The position numbers and the translations under genes are program-made. Source: Alphaproteobacteria bacterium (GTDB lineage Bacteria > Pseudomonadota > Alphaproteobacteria > UBA828). Taken from it: a stretch of 64,000 bases of DNA. Under the pieces are notes generated by a model. That model saw only the letters and a list, made by a program, of their open reading frames with translations. It searched no databases and was not told the DNA's origin. The DNA is taken from the NCBI GenBank assembly GCA_965220745.1, contig CBDCQT010000013.1:704001-768000 (forward strand), written 5' to 3'. Of this stretch, positions 49,520-59,431 are shown one piece after another; within the stretch, counting starts at the first letter, position 1; every line of letters starts with the position of its first letter.

Positions 49520-50263
49520 TCAGAGCAGGCCTTTTGTGCGGAAGCTGAACGCGTCGCCCGGCGCGACGACGATATGGTCGTGGAGGTCGACGTCGATGGT
49601 CTTGAGGGCGTCGCGCAGCTTGGTGGTCATCTCGACGTCCGCCCTCGACGGAGTGGGGTCGCCACTGGGGTGTTGATGTAAGACTACCAGGGCGGTGGCG
49701 CCCACCTCCAGCGCGCGAACGCAGACCTGGCGGGGATAGACTGGGGTGTGGTTGACGGTGCCGGTCTGGTGAACCTCGTCGCAGATGAGGGCGTTCTTGG
49801 TGTTCAGGAACAACAAGTGGAACACCTCGACGTCGCGGTGCGCCGCCAACGACCGGCAGTACTCGACGACTTTCTCGTAGGTCGCGAGCTGGGGATGGAT
49901 GTTCTCGGGCAGCGCGGCCCTGGCCATGGCGATGCCGAGCGCTTCGGCGGTCTTGACGGCAGCGATGCCGGCCTCGTTCAGCCCGGCGACGGTGCGCAGC
50001 GTGTCGGGACGCGCGGCGAGGACGCGGGCGGGCGAGCCGAAGGTGTCGAGCAGGACCGTTGCGAGTTGCGAGGCTTCGGCGGCGGAGTGGGATCCGGCCA
50101 GGAGGAGCAGCAGAAGTTCCCGGTCGTCGACCGCCTCGCGCCCGGCGCGGAGAAGGCGCGCGCGCAGTTCGTCGTGACCGGTGCTGGCGGGGTGCTGCGT
50201 TGCGGGCGCGGGGAACGGCGTCACGTCGCGCAGGCCGGGGGCGGGCGCATCGGAGAGACTCAT
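49520..50263 (-). CDS. radC: RadC/JAB-domain protein
   Basis: DRELLLLLL, HhH region, GTVNHTPVYPR, HQHPSGDPTPSRAD, LHDHIVV. Confidence 0.92.
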   Translation of the reverse strand: MSLSDAPAPGLRDVTPFPAPATQHPASTGHDELRARLLRAGREAVDDRELLLLLLAGSHSAAEASQLATVLLDTFGSPARVLAARPDTLRTVAGLNEAGIAAVKTAEALGIAMARAALPENIHPQLATYEKVVEYCRSLAAHRDVEVFHLLFLNTKNALICDEVHQTGTVNHTPVYPRQVCVRALEVGATALVVLHQHPSGDPTPSRADVEMTTKLRDALKTIDVDLHDHIVVAPGDAFSFRTKGLL

Positions 50264-50634
50264 CGCCCGGCCCTCCGGAGTTTGGCCACCAGCGCATCGA
50301 TCATGTGCGCATCGGCGCCGCAGACCTGGCCCCAGCCCCGCAGGTTGCGCTCGAATTCCTCCAGCGCGCCGAGATGGGCGTTGAACAGCGGATCGTCGGA
50401 CGTGGCGGCGAGGACGGAATTGCCGGAGACGGCGATACCGGTGATCGCCGGGTCGGTGATCGGTTCCAGGACCAGCAGCCAGCACAGGAAGGCTGCGAAC
50501 ATCGGCGAGAGGTTCTCGCCCCGGCGCGGGTCCATGGGGTGCATGGCCGGGGACACTCGTGCCGGAGACACTCGTGCCGGAGACGGTGCGGGAGGCAGGT
50601 CGGGGATCGCGAGGGCGGCGTTCGTATGGGGCAT
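50260..50634 (-). CDS. Hypothetical protein
   Basis: ATGA coupling to radC; contains PARVS twice. Confidence 0.6.
   Translation of the reverse strand: MPHTNAALAIPDLPPAPSPARVSPARVSPAMHPMDPRRGENLSPMFAAFLCWLLVLEPITDPAITGIAVSGNSVLAATSDDPLFNAHLGALEEFERNLRGWGQVCGADAHMIDALVAKLRRAGR
50552..50584 (+). repeat. Two tandem 15-bp units (GACACTCGTGCCGGA)
   Basis: Same unit as 47469..47499 except one base, opposite orientation. Confidence 0.75.
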
Positions 50635-50662
50635 GGCACGGCTCCATGAAGCGGAATGGAAA

Positions 50663-50697
50663 CGCCCCGCCGCGGGAGGAGAGACCGCGGCGGGGCG
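50663..50697 (-). terminator. Terminator-like hairpin
   Basis: CGCCCCGCCGCGG/CCGCGGCGGGGCG 13-bp stem followed by TTT on the minus strand. Confidence 0.5.
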
Positions 50698-50808
50698 CCG
50701 AAGGAGAGCGGGAGGCGGCGCCGGAGTCCTCCAGGTTCCGCGCCGCTCGCCCGACCGGAGCCGGCCTCCGCTCCTGGCGGCGCCGGAGAGACCAGGGGGA
50801 AGGCGCGC

Positions 50809-51225
50809 TCAGTCGTCCTCGTCGAACATTATGGTGATGACGGCCCGACCCTCGTCGCCGGCGCCGCTCGCCACGATGGGGAAGTGCTTGCGGGGCGGCC
50901 GGTTGCTGTCGCGGAGGTCCTTGCGGATGTCGCGCACCAGCACGCACATGGTCACGCGGTCGCTGTTGGAGGCGCCGAGCGCGTAGTGGCGCGCCATCCA
51001 GAGCACGTCCCAGAGGCGTCCTCGCTCGTCCTGGAAGCCTCGGTAGCCCTCGGGCAAGGCGACCAGGCGGGTCCAGACGGTGCGCGTGAGCGCGACGGGG
51101 ATGTTGAAGCCCGCTTCGCGCGCGGTGTCGGAGACGTCGACGAGAATGCCGTCTTCGATCGCCTGGGCGCGTGAGTATGTGGAAATCGCGGGGCCGAATG
51201 CGGCGGTGTTGCCGGGTTCAGGCAT
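50809..51225 (-). CDS. DUF6573-like protein
   Basis: YSRAQAIEDGILVDVS, IPVALT, GRLWDVLWM. Confidence 0.7.
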   Translation of the reverse strand: MPEPGNTAAFGPAISTYSRAQAIEDGILVDVSDTAREAGFNIPVALTRTVWTRLVALPEGYRGFQDERGRLWDVLWMARHYALGASNSDRVTMCVLVRDIRKDLRDSNRPPRKHFPIVASGAGDEGRAVITIMFDEDD

Positions 51226-51712
51226 GGTCGATTCCCTCCCAACCCTGGACGCGGACAATTGCCTTGCCGCCGGCGACCTCGACCTCGGGGGCGCGATCGG
51301 GGCGGGGCCGGACCGTGACCACCGGCTTGTTGCCGGGGGGCGGCGGCGGATCGGAAACTTCCGTGGTGACCGTCGCGGCGTCATCGACGAATCGGATCTG
51401 CGCGGTGCCCCCTGTCACCTCGACGGCGCCGGGCGGGCGGGGGCCGGTCAGGGTGACGACCGGCGGTTCGCCCTTCTCCGTAAACCTGGCCGGCACGGGC
51501 AGAGACTTGCCGTCGTCCCACGGATCCTCGTCCCGGCCCATGCAACAAGCATCCACGAAGCTCGGCCCGCAGTGGTCCACCGGCTTCCAGTTGGGGTCCT
51601 GGTTGGCCACCTCGATGGCTTTCTCCAGCGCCTCCTCGAGGGTCTCGGCTTCGACCGAGACCGTGTTGGCGTGGTATGCGGCATAAGAAGCTTGCACCGT
51701 GTACCAGGTCAT
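51218..51712 (-). CDS. Hypothetical protein
   Basis: Overlaps both neighbours; typical codon usage. Confidence 0.7.
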   Translation of the reverse strand: MTWYTVQASYAAYHANTVSVEAETLEEALEKAIEVANQDPNWKPVDHCGPSFVDACCMGRDEDPWDDGKSLPVPARFTEKGEPPVVTLTGPRPPGAVEVTGGTAQIRFVDDAATVTTEVSDPPPPPGNKPVVTVRPRPDRAPEVEVAGGKAIVRVQGWEGIDHA

Positions 51713-53463
51713 GCCGCCACCCCCTGCGGCGCCGGAGTCTCGGGGCCGAACTCGACCGCGACCTTGCCTTCTCGGACCTTGATGGAAACCTCGCGGTCGC
51801 GCGGAATGACCCAGAGGATCTCGCGCCAGACGGCTTCCGCGATCGTGTGCTTCCTGGCCTCGTCCTCCGTGGCGAGAAGCTTGATCGCCATGTGCGTCGC
51901 GTCCTCGCGGAAACGCCGGCGCTGGGTGTCGTGGCTGTCCGCGTCCGGGTCGTCGGAGGCCGAGAAATACGCCGCCTGCAGGAGCTGGCAGAGTGCCGGG
52001 GGCTGCAGGTCGCTGTCCCTGGTGACGAGCGGATGCGCGTCCTCGACCCAGGAGCCGTCCTCGCCGATGAAGGCGACGTCGGCCGGGATGGCGATGGTCT
52101 CGGGCGGCCCGTCCCTGTGCGCTACGTCAAGGTGAATGTGGATGGCCTCGGGCCGCGCCAGCGTGTCCGGCAGGCCCGGCGCGGTGGCGGTATCCGGCGA
52201 AGAAGACCCGTCCGTGCCGCGCAGGGCATCGAGCAAGTGGGTGGCGTCCGCCTCGGTGATGTCGATGCGCACGCCCTCCACCCGCGCCAGCGCGTCGTAC
52301 CAGTCGTATCCCTCCAGGCGCGTGTCGGCCTCGAACAGACGGCCGGCGATCCCTGCCCGTTCCGCCGCCCGCCAGAGGCATTGCTGGTCCTGGGTCTCGG
52401 GATCGACCGCCATGACCAGGGTGTCGGGGCGGACCGGCTCACGGTCCGGCGTGTCGCGCCAGTCGTCGATATCGGCGATGGCCGGGCGCCAGGGGCGGAG
52501 CACGGCAGGCGCGATCGGCATGTCGATGCCCGCCTTCCGGGCCGCGGTGAAGCGGGCGTGGGAGAGCGCAGGCGTGCGGTCGGCGGCGCGCATGGCCCGG
52601 TAGATGGCGACGCGGGCCGCCTGGCGCATCTCGTCCAGGAAGGGCGTCTGCACCGCCTCGCGGCGGGCGGGCAGGACCAGCTCCAGCTCGGGGCAGGTGT
52701 CGACGTCGGCGCGCACTGACCAGGTGCCGCCGTCGATGGTGTCCATCGTGGGCAGGCACACGGAGAGCGTGAGTCCGTGGAAGTTGAGGTCGGAGTTGTT
52801 GAAGCCGGGGAACCTGCTGTCGAAGACGCCGAAGGAGAGTCCCTGCCAGCGCTCGACGTGAAGGGCGCCGTGGAGGAAGGACGTGCGCTCGACAGCCTCG
52901 CCGTTGACAGCCACGGCCAGCGGGCAGTGGCGCGCCGCGGCAGCGAAGGCGGCGCGGATGCCTTCCCGGCCCTCTTCCGCGCGGAAGGAGATCGCGGTGC
53001 CGCTGGGCAGGGGGGCATCTTCGCAGGAATCAATCCGGGCTTCCTGCTTTCCGAGGAAACAGTCGGGCGTGAGCTCGACGCGCCAACCGGGCATGGGTGC
53101 GCGCCCGGCGGTGCCCGGCCGCGATGAGATGACGCAGCCGCGCTTGGACAGCGCATAGACGCCCATGCCGGCGGGGTCCTCGCGCTTTGCCGTGGTGGCG
53201 TTCCAGCCGCTCTCGCCGAAGGAGAGGAGGACGGCCGGGTCGGCGATGCCGAAACCGTCGTCGGTAACGGTGACGACGGTGCCGCCCTCGGGCACGTCCT
53301 CGGTGGCAACGTCGAGGCGTGTGGCGCCGCTGCGGCGTGAGTTCTGGATCAGCTCCGCCGCCGCGTCCGCGACGGTTGCGTTGAAGAATCTCGAGACCCG
53401 GTCGATGGCGCCGTCGTGGACGCGGGCCCGGATCGTGGCGGGCAGTCGTGAAGGATCGTTCAT
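51709..53463 (-). CDS. GHKL/HATPase-domain protein
   Basis: ELIQNSRRSGA (N box), VTDDGFGI (G1), DPAGMG (G2). Confidence 0.8.
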   Translation of the reverse strand: MNDPSRLPATIRARVHDGAIDRVSRFFNATVADAAAELIQNSRRSGATRLDVATEDVPEGGTVVTVTDDGFGIADPAVLLSFGESGWNATTAKREDPAGMGVYALSKRGCVISSRPGTAGRAPMPGWRVELTPDCFLGKQEARIDSCEDAPLPSGTAISFRAEEGREGIRAAFAAAARHCPLAVAVNGEAVERTSFLHGALHVERWQGLSFGVFDSRFPGFNNSDLNFHGLTLSVCLPTMDTIDGGTWSVRADVDTCPELELVLPARREAVQTPFLDEMRQAARVAIYRAMRAADRTPALSHARFTAARKAGIDMPIAPAVLRPWRPAIADIDDWRDTPDREPVRPDTLVMAVDPETQDQQCLWRAAERAGIAGRLFEADTRLEGYDWYDALARVEGVRIDITEADATHLLDALRGTDGSSSPDTATAPGLPDTLARPEAIHIHLDVAHRDGPPETIAIPADVAFIGEDGSWVEDAHPLVTRDSDLQPPALCQLLQAAYFSASDDPDADSHDTQRRRFREDATHMAIKLLATEDEARKHTIAEAVWREILWVIPRDREVSIKVREGKVAVEFGPETPAPQGVAA

Positions 53464-53575
53464 GGCGTTGATCTCCCATGAAAGCGGTGGACGGAAATGC
53501 GCCCCGCCGAACGGACCCGAGGGCCGCTGACCCGAGGGCCGCCGACCGGCGGGGCGCAGGGAAGTGACGCGGCGC

Positions 53576-56164
53576 CTACGAACGGCGCAGGAAGGCGGGG
53601 ATATCCAGCGCGTCGCCGCCGCTCGCGCTGGCGGTATCGTGGCCGTTGCCCGGGACCGGCGGCGCGGGCGGGATGTCTTCGGCGGATGAATCGCCGTTGC
53701 CGTCACCGCCGTTCTCGAAGCCGACGGTGTTGACGATCACCCTGGGTCCGCCGCCCGCGACAGGCACGGCGTTCACGGCGTCGATCGCGTCGTGGCCGGT
53801 GGGGGCGATGGTTTCACCATCGGGGGCGCCGGGCGATCCGGTGGTCTCCGGCACAGGGGTGCCGTTGGACGATTCGGACGGGTCAGCCTGTTCCGCATCG
53901 GCGGTATCGGGCGCCCGGCTCTCGGTGGCCTCGCCGTCGGCGTCCGGTTCGGGCTGCTCCGCCGCGGCGTCCTGCTGTCCACCGGACTGCGCGTCGTCCG
54001 AAGGTTCCGCGTCCACGGGTGAAGTCTCCTGCGCGGAGTCGGCCTCGGCCGCACAGGGCGCGGGCTCCGTCACCGTCTGACCGGACGCTGCTCCCTCGGC
54101 CTGGGCCGGCGTCGCCGCATCGCCGTCGTCGGCGTGGCCTGTGTCGAAAGCGGCGAAGCCGGGCGGCACCCAGGCCAGCGCAGCCGCGCGTCCTTCCTTC
54201 GGGACGCCCAGAGGCACTGCGTCTCCGGCCGCGAAGGCGGTCTCCATTGCCGTGGCGAGCGCCGCCTTCTTGTCTTTGCGGTGGGTGTGCGCCCACTCGA
54301 TGCCCAGGGTCTCGCGGGCGACCTTGAGCATCCGGTCCTTGCGCACCCGCGACCAGAACATTTCGGCGGTTGGACGGACGTGCTCCGCGAACTCGATGTC
54401 GAGCCGCGCCACCGTCGATTCCGTCTCGGGCCGCGCATTGGCCTCGAAGGCGAGCTGGCCCTTGAGCGTGCGCGCGACGCAGGCGGCGAACAGCCGCTTC
54501 TTGTCCTTAGGGGCAAGTGCCCTCAGCGCGGCGAAGGATTCCGCGCCGTCCCCGATCTCCAGCCACTCGAAGCGGAGCGAGGAGCGATCTTCCAGCATGG
54601 CCTCGCCGGGGCTCGACTCGTGGAACGTGTCGTCGTTGGCACGGAGCGGCGGACGGTCCGGGGTCTCGCGCACCGCGATGTCGAGCGCATGGTCGTGATA
54701 GCCGGGGGTGAACACCGCGCGCCCCATCTGGAACAGCATGAGGTCGAAGGCGGCCCCGAAGTCGTCGGCGAGATGCGCCTTGACCAGCGTGGTCCTGATA
54801 GCGCGGAGATCGTCGGCGAGTCCGATGCCCACGCCGGCCTCCTTGCGCGCCTCGGCCTCCGGGTCGGGCCGCGCGGGCGGCATGGCCGGGCCGGAGACGG
54901 AGGGGGACTGGATGCCGGAGCCGACCTGTCGGCCGTCGTCCTGACCGACACCGTCCTGGGAGGCGGCGCCCGACGTGGCGGTGTCGGGATCGGCCGGCAT
55001 GTCCTCGGGCTTGACCAGACCATGCACGACCTGGAGCGTGCCGTCGTTGCCGACTGTGACGATGCACCCGGCGATGGAGATATCCTCTGGCTTGAAGACG
55101 GCGCGGGCCTTGACGGCATCCTGGATCTGCTCGAGGCGGGTGTCGATGCCCTCGGCTTCCTCGGCCAGGGTCTCGGTCCACTCGTCGTCGTCCAACTCGG
55201 CGAACTCGCCCTGACGGGTGTGCAGGCGCTCGATTTCGGCCTGCTCCTCGCAGGTCTGCTCGGCCGGGGTGGGATGCACGCGTCCGAAGCGGGCGAGATC
55301 GGACCACTCGACGTCGAGCCGGGCCTCGGCCCACTTCCAGCGGGTCGCGAGCTCGTCCGCCGCCACCTTGATCCGGTCCATGGCGAGCTGCATCAAGAGC
55401 GCCGGGTCTTCCAGCCAGACGCCGTTCTCGTGCTCGTCAGCGAAGAGGTCGCGCAGCACCGGTCCGCCGGCCGCCTCGTAGGCGTCGATGCCGACGAAGC
55501 GGGCGAGCGCGGCACCGGCGGGGATGCGGTCCTCGGTGAGCATGCGCCTGATCTGCCAATCGGTGGGCCGGTAGCCCTGGTCCTTGACCTGCTCCCACAC
55601 CGCCATCTGGCGCGCGGTGTCAGTAGTGACGGCGAAGGCCTTGAGGGTGGCCAGGTCGATGGCGTTCTCCCGGTAGGCGTCGAGCAGCTCCGGCGCGGCG
55701 TGGCCGAGGCGGAGGCGCTGCTCGACGATGCGCTCGGAGACGCCGAAACGGGCGGCGATGTCGGCAACGGTGGCGCCGGCGAGGGCAAGCGCGCCGAAGG
55801 CCTGGACCTGGTCTGCGGGGTGCATTGCGACGTGGAGCACGTTCTCGGCGAGCGAGATCTCGGTGTCGCTCACGCCGTTCTCGATGACACGGCAGGGCAC
55901 GGGGAAGTCGGAAGAGATGGTGCCCTTGCTGGCGAGCTCGTCGAGCGCGGCCAGGCGCCTGGCGCCTGCGATGACAGCGAAGCGCTCGCCGCCGTCCTCG
56001 CCGGGGCCGATGGAACGGGCCACAAGGTTCTCGATGAGGCCGTGGGCGGCGATGGATGCCTTGAGCTCGGCGAAGGCGGCCTTGCCGGCCTCGGTCCTGC
56101 GGACGTTGGCGGGCGAGCGCTCCAGCCGGTCGAGGGGGATGGATCGGATGACGGGGTCGTGCAT
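53576..56164 (-). CDS. parB: Long ParB/Spo0J-family protein of mobile elements
   Basis: SPANVR, ASIAAHGLIENL, AGARRL, SLAEN, HPADQ, HTH; low-complexity tail. Confidence 0.9.
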   Translation of the reverse strand: MHDPVIRSIPLDRLERSPANVRRTEAGKAAFAELKASIAAHGLIENLVARSIGPGEDGGERFAVIAGARRLAALDELASKGTISSDFPVPCRVIENGVSDTEISLAENVLHVAMHPADQVQAFGALALAGATVADIAARFGVSERIVEQRLRLGHAAPELLDAYRENAIDLATLKAFAVTTDTARQMAVWEQVKDQGYRPTDWQIRRMLTEDRIPAGAALARFVGIDAYEAAGGPVLRDLFADEHENGVWLEDPALLMQLAMDRIKVAADELATRWKWAEARLDVEWSDLARFGRVHPTPAEQTCEEQAEIERLHTRQGEFAELDDDEWTETLAEEAEGIDTRLEQIQDAVKARAVFKPEDISIAGCIVTVGNDGTLQVVHGLVKPEDMPADPDTATSGAASQDGVGQDDGRQVGSGIQSPSVSGPAMPPARPDPEAEARKEAGVGIGLADDLRAIRTTLVKAHLADDFGAAFDLMLFQMGRAVFTPGYHDHALDIAVRETPDRPPLRANDDTFHESSPGEAMLEDRSSLRFEWLEIGDGAESFAALRALAPKDKKRLFAACVARTLKGQLAFEANARPETESTVARLDIEFAEHVRPTAEMFWSRVRKDRMLKVARETLGIEWAHTHRKDKKAALATAMETAFAAGDAVPLGVPKEGRAAALAWVPPGFAAFDTGHADDGDAATPAQAEGAASGQTVTEPAPCAAEADSAQETSPVDAEPSDDAQSGGQQDAAAEQPEPDADGEATESRAPDTADAEQADPSESSNGTPVPETTGSPGAPDGETIAPTGHDAIDAVNAVPVAGGGPRVIVNTVGFENGGDGNGDSSAEDIPPAPPVPGNGHDTASASGGDALDIPAFLRRS

Positions 56165-56290
56165 GAAACGGTCTCCGGGAATGCGTGGATGGGGAGAGGA
56201 GCGACTCCCTCCACGGAAATCGATCCTCGCCACGCGGCCGGGCTGACCGGGACACTCGTCGCCGTATCGGCGGGGACATGTGGGAAAGAT

Positions 56291-57199
56291 TCAGTCGGTG
56301 CAGTGGCAGTCGAAGGAGTCCGACTCGGCGCTCTCGCCGGAGGATGCCGCCGCATCGTCGAACAGGTCGCGGTGGGCAAGCGCCGCGGCCTTGAGCTCAA
56401 CGTAGGTCTCGGCGAGGCGGAAGCGCTTCATGGATTCGCAGGCGCGGCCGTCGGGGCCGGTGCGCTTCGCCACCCTGGACTCCTGTTCGATCCACCAGTC
56501 GGCGAGAGTGGGGTCCTCGCGGATGAGGCGGATCAGCTTGGAACGAGCCTTCACCATGCAGAGCGTGCAGTTTCCGGCGTAGGAGGGAATGCTGAGATCG
56601 AAGGGTTGGCGCTTCCACCAGTCGAGGACGTCCGACTCGCGGACCCCGTCATCGGCCAGCGGCAGCACGGCGCGGGCGCCGGTGCGCGAGCCGCAGTTAC
56701 GGGCGCGCATCCTCAAGACACGTCGCTGTTCGTCGGCGCGCAGCCCGATCACCGAATGCCAGTGCTTGAGGCCGAGGCGGTAGCGGGCGAAGGAGTCGAT
56801 CCTGTCGCGCTTCAGAAACGAGGAGCAGAATTTAGTGGTGATGTTTGGGACGAATCCCTTGCGATCGATGAGCGCGGCATAGGGCTCGCCGTTGCGGGAC
56901 GCGGTGGCGAAGTCGACGACGCGGGTGCGGCGCGGCGCGTCCCAGTCGTACTCGACCCAGTGCACCGTGACCGACCAGGCTGCGGCGCACGTGTCTACAA
57001 AATCCAAAGTCTCAGGGCGTTCCATTCCGGTATTGGCGTAGACGACCGCAATGTCTGAGGGGAGCCGGCCACCGTAGGCGTCGACGATCTTTTTCAGCAT
57101 GAATCCCGAAGTGCGGCCGCCGGAGAAACTGATCACGGCAGGGAGCGGCACGCGGTAGGGATTCCGTATCGTGCGGGGGAGACGGGCGGCGGCGGTCAT
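56291..57199 (-). CDS. PAPS-reductase-like (PP-loop) protein
   Basis: ISFSGGRTSG, NTGMERPETLDF, FCSSFLK, IGLRADE..R, GNCTLC, terminal CHCTD. Confidence 0.8.
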   Translation of the reverse strand: MTAAARLPRTIRNPYRVPLPAVISFSGGRTSGFMLKKIVDAYGGRLPSDIAVVYANTGMERPETLDFVDTCAAAWSVTVHWVEYDWDAPRRTRVVDFATASRNGEPYAALIDRKGFVPNITTKFCSSFLKRDRIDSFARYRLGLKHWHSVIGLRADEQRRVLRMRARNCGSRTGARAVLPLADDGVRESDVLDWWKRQPFDLSIPSYAGNCTLCMVKARSKLIRLIREDPTLADWWIEQESRVAKRTGPDGRACESMKRFRLAETYVELKAAALAHRDLFDDAAASSGESAESDSFDCHCTD

Positions 57200-57618
57200 C
57201 GTCCGCGCTCCGTGCCCCGGGAGCGGCCGCCCGAGTGCTTGTCGCAATGCCTGTCGGCGTCGGCGATCGCGATGTCGAAGGCGTGGACGATGCAGCTGTG
57301 ATTGGTCTGGTCGTTGTAAGTGGTGGCCTCCGTGTAGTGGCCGAGGGTGAGCGCCCGCACGGTGTTCGTGAGAATGGTCCCGGCCTGGTTGCGGGCATGC
57401 TGTAGCGGCGGCGGGATGTCCAGGGAATCCGCATGGCGGTACATGGCGCAGTTGATCGCGCCGGTGGCGCACCACGAGACGGCGTCCTCGTGCTCGACGC
57501 CGACGGGCTCGCCCTCGGCGTCGCGCGCGGCGGCGCCCTGGGTCCAGTCCTCGGGCCTGGCGATGAGCGTGCGCGCCTCGACGAGGAGGTCGCGGGGCGT
57601 GGGGGCGGTGGCGGTCAT
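57196..57618 (-). CDS. DUF6197-like protein
   Basis: ARTLIARPEDWTQGAAARD...WCATGAI...YND. Confidence 0.65.
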   Translation of the reverse strand: MTATAPTPRDLLVEARTLIARPEDWTQGAAARDAEGEPVGVEHEDAVSWCATGAINCAMYRHADSLDIPPPLQHARNQAGTILTNTVRALTLGHYTEATTYNDQTNHSCIVHAFDIAIADADRHCDKHSGGRSRGTERGR

Positions 57619-58370
57619 GGCCGGCTTGCCTCCTTGTCTGGGGCGGAGTCCGCGCGCGCCATGTAGAGGGCGTGGTCGAACATGGCGACGACCTTGGCGT
57701 GAGTGTCGTGTTCGTTGAGGCCGATGTAGCTCTGGTGCTCACCCAGCGCGTAGGCGGCGCAGTCGAGCAGGCGCTCGGCCTGGTCGAAGGGGGACCCGCC
57801 GAGGTTGCCGTCCGGGGGCCGCTCGGTCAGCACGTGGCTGGCAAGGCCGAGCGCGCCTGCGGCGCAGAAGCGGCAGCCGCCGTCGAAGGTGACGAGGGCG
57901 CGGCCGCGCCGGTCGAGGGCGATGGCGCCTTGGGCCCAGCGCTCGGGCCGGGCGATCAGGGTGCGGGCCACGGCGAGGGCGTGGAGCGGGCCGGGAGCGG
58001 GCGGCTTGCGCAGGATGTCGAGCGCTTCGTCGAAACACGCCACGGTCATGGCGTGCGCGGCCTCGGTGCTGAGGAGCCAGGGCGTGCCGGTCCACTTGCG
58101 CCCGGCGATGACGGACGCGTCCTTGAGGTGCTGCTGGGCGTCGAGGAAGTTGACGTGCACCGCGCCGGCGTCGGCGGCCGCCCGATCGAGGGCGCCGACG
58201 GCGCCCCACGCGGCGGCGCGGTCCGAACGTCCTTCGCAGGTGTGGCCGTTGGCGTCGCGGGCGTGGTGGTAGTGGCACCAGCGCGCGGGATCGGCGACGA
58301 TCGCGCGGGCGGTGACGAGAATGGCCGCGAGGACGGTGTGGCGGCCGAGTGTCTCGGCGGAAGGCATCAT
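57615..58370 (-). CDS. Protein with two tandem DUF6197-like domains
   Basis: ARAIVADPARW....ARD and ARTLIARPERWAQGAIALD...FCAAGAL; GGAGG SD. Confidence 0.65.
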   Translation of the reverse strand: MMPSAETLGRHTVLAAILVTARAIVADPARWCHYHHARDANGHTCEGRSDRAAAWGAVGALDRAAADAGAVHVNFLDAQQHLKDASVIAGRKWTGTPWLLSTEAAHAMTVACFDEALDILRKPPAPGPLHALAVARTLIARPERWAQGAIALDRRGRALVTFDGGCRFCAAGALGLASHVLTERPPDGNLGGSPFDQAERLLDCAAYALGEHQSYIGLNEHDTHAKVVAMFDHALYMARADSAPDKEASRP

Positions 58371-58558
58371 GGGGTGTTCCTCCGTGGTTCGCGAAGGGAG
58401 GCGGCAGGGCGAGAGTTCGGTGCGGTGGGACGGGGGCGGGAGCGCGCCCATGCAGGCCCCGCCCGGGCGCCCTGCGTGAGGCTGCCCGGACCTCCCGGCG
58501 GCGGGAGACGGGGCCGGGGCGCAGGCAGCGAGGTTGTGGCGTAGCTCGGGTGTGAGGG

Positions 58559-58897
58559 TCAGGACGGGCGGGCTTCGCGCGTGTGTGCCCATGGGCACTG
58601 TTGCCACAGCTTGCGCAGCGTGCGCGGCATGCCGGCCCACTCTCCATCGTTGTGGTCGTAGGAGGGCCAGTCCTCGTCGCGCATCCAGGTGGAGCCGTCG
58701 AGCCAGTAGGTGCCGCCGGGGCACTTGCGGCGGATGGGCGCGCCGTCGGCGCGGCGCCATTCGTAGCCGATCAGCGTGTGCTCGTGGTGCGGGGAGCGGT
58801 AGAGGGTGAGCCGCCATTCGTGCTTGCCGATTGTCATGGGCTCCGACTGGCGGAGGATCCGGCTGCCGCCGAAGTCGAACGCGCTCCTCTCCTGCAT
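58559..58897 (-). CDS. Hypothetical Trp-rich protein
   Basis: TGATG coupling to the upstream gene. Confidence 0.6.
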   Translation of the reverse strand: MQERSAFDFGGSRILRQSEPMTIGKHEWRLTLYRSPHHEHTLIGYEWRRADGAPIRRKCPGGTYWLDGSTWMRDEDWPSYDHNDGEWAGMPRTLRKLWQQCPWAHTREARPS

Positions 58898-59403
58898 CAC
58901 GCGGCCTCCGTGAACGGCTTCATCGTGTAGCTGCACTTGAGGTCGCAGTCCGCGCAGATGGCGACTGCCTCAAAGGTGGAGTGCAACTCCCAGCGCTGCC
59001 AGCGCGTGTCCCAGCGAGCCCATGCGTCGACGCGAACGCTTGTGCCGCCGCAGGCATTGCAGACGGGGCGAACAGGCGGCCCCGCCGCCAGCGCCTTGCG
59101 GGCGGAATCGGCGAGCTGCCTGATATAGGCGCCGATGGGCGCGCGCAGCCTGCCCGAATAGATGTTTCGATGGAGCAGGTCGAGATCCAGCATCAGGGCT
59201 TCCATCTCGGGGCGCAGGTCGCCCATGTGCTGGCGCTGCTCGTCGAGCATGGCGTTCGCGCCGCATTCAGGGCATTCGCCCGCGGGCATGACGTCGCCCA
59301 CGGCGACGCGCTCCGGCAGATAGCGGGGCGCGATCGGCTCGCAGTGCGCGACGGCCCCCTTCCACCCGCAGTCCTGACAGGTGACGGTTTGTACCTTGGT
59401 CAT
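58897..59403 (-). CDS. Zinc-ribbon protein
   Basis: CQDC, CPEC, CNAC, CADC; GAGGAG SD. Confidence 0.7.
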   Translation of the reverse strand: MTKVQTVTCQDCGWKGAVAHCEPIAPRYLPERVAVGDVMPAGECPECGANAMLDEQRQHMGDLRPEMEALMLDLDLLHRNIYSGRLRAPIGAYIRQLADSARKALAAGPPVRPVCNACGGTSVRVDAWARWDTRWQRWELHSTFEAVAICADCDLKCSYTMKPFTEAA

Positions 59404-59431
59404 GGTGTTGCTCCTCGCAGTGCGGGGGAAA

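Noticed and set aside
58371-58384. GGGGTGTTCC as another micro-insertion unit
   Set aside because: It is the spacer and SD (GGAGGAACACCCC-ATG) of the downstream gene, and only a partial match.
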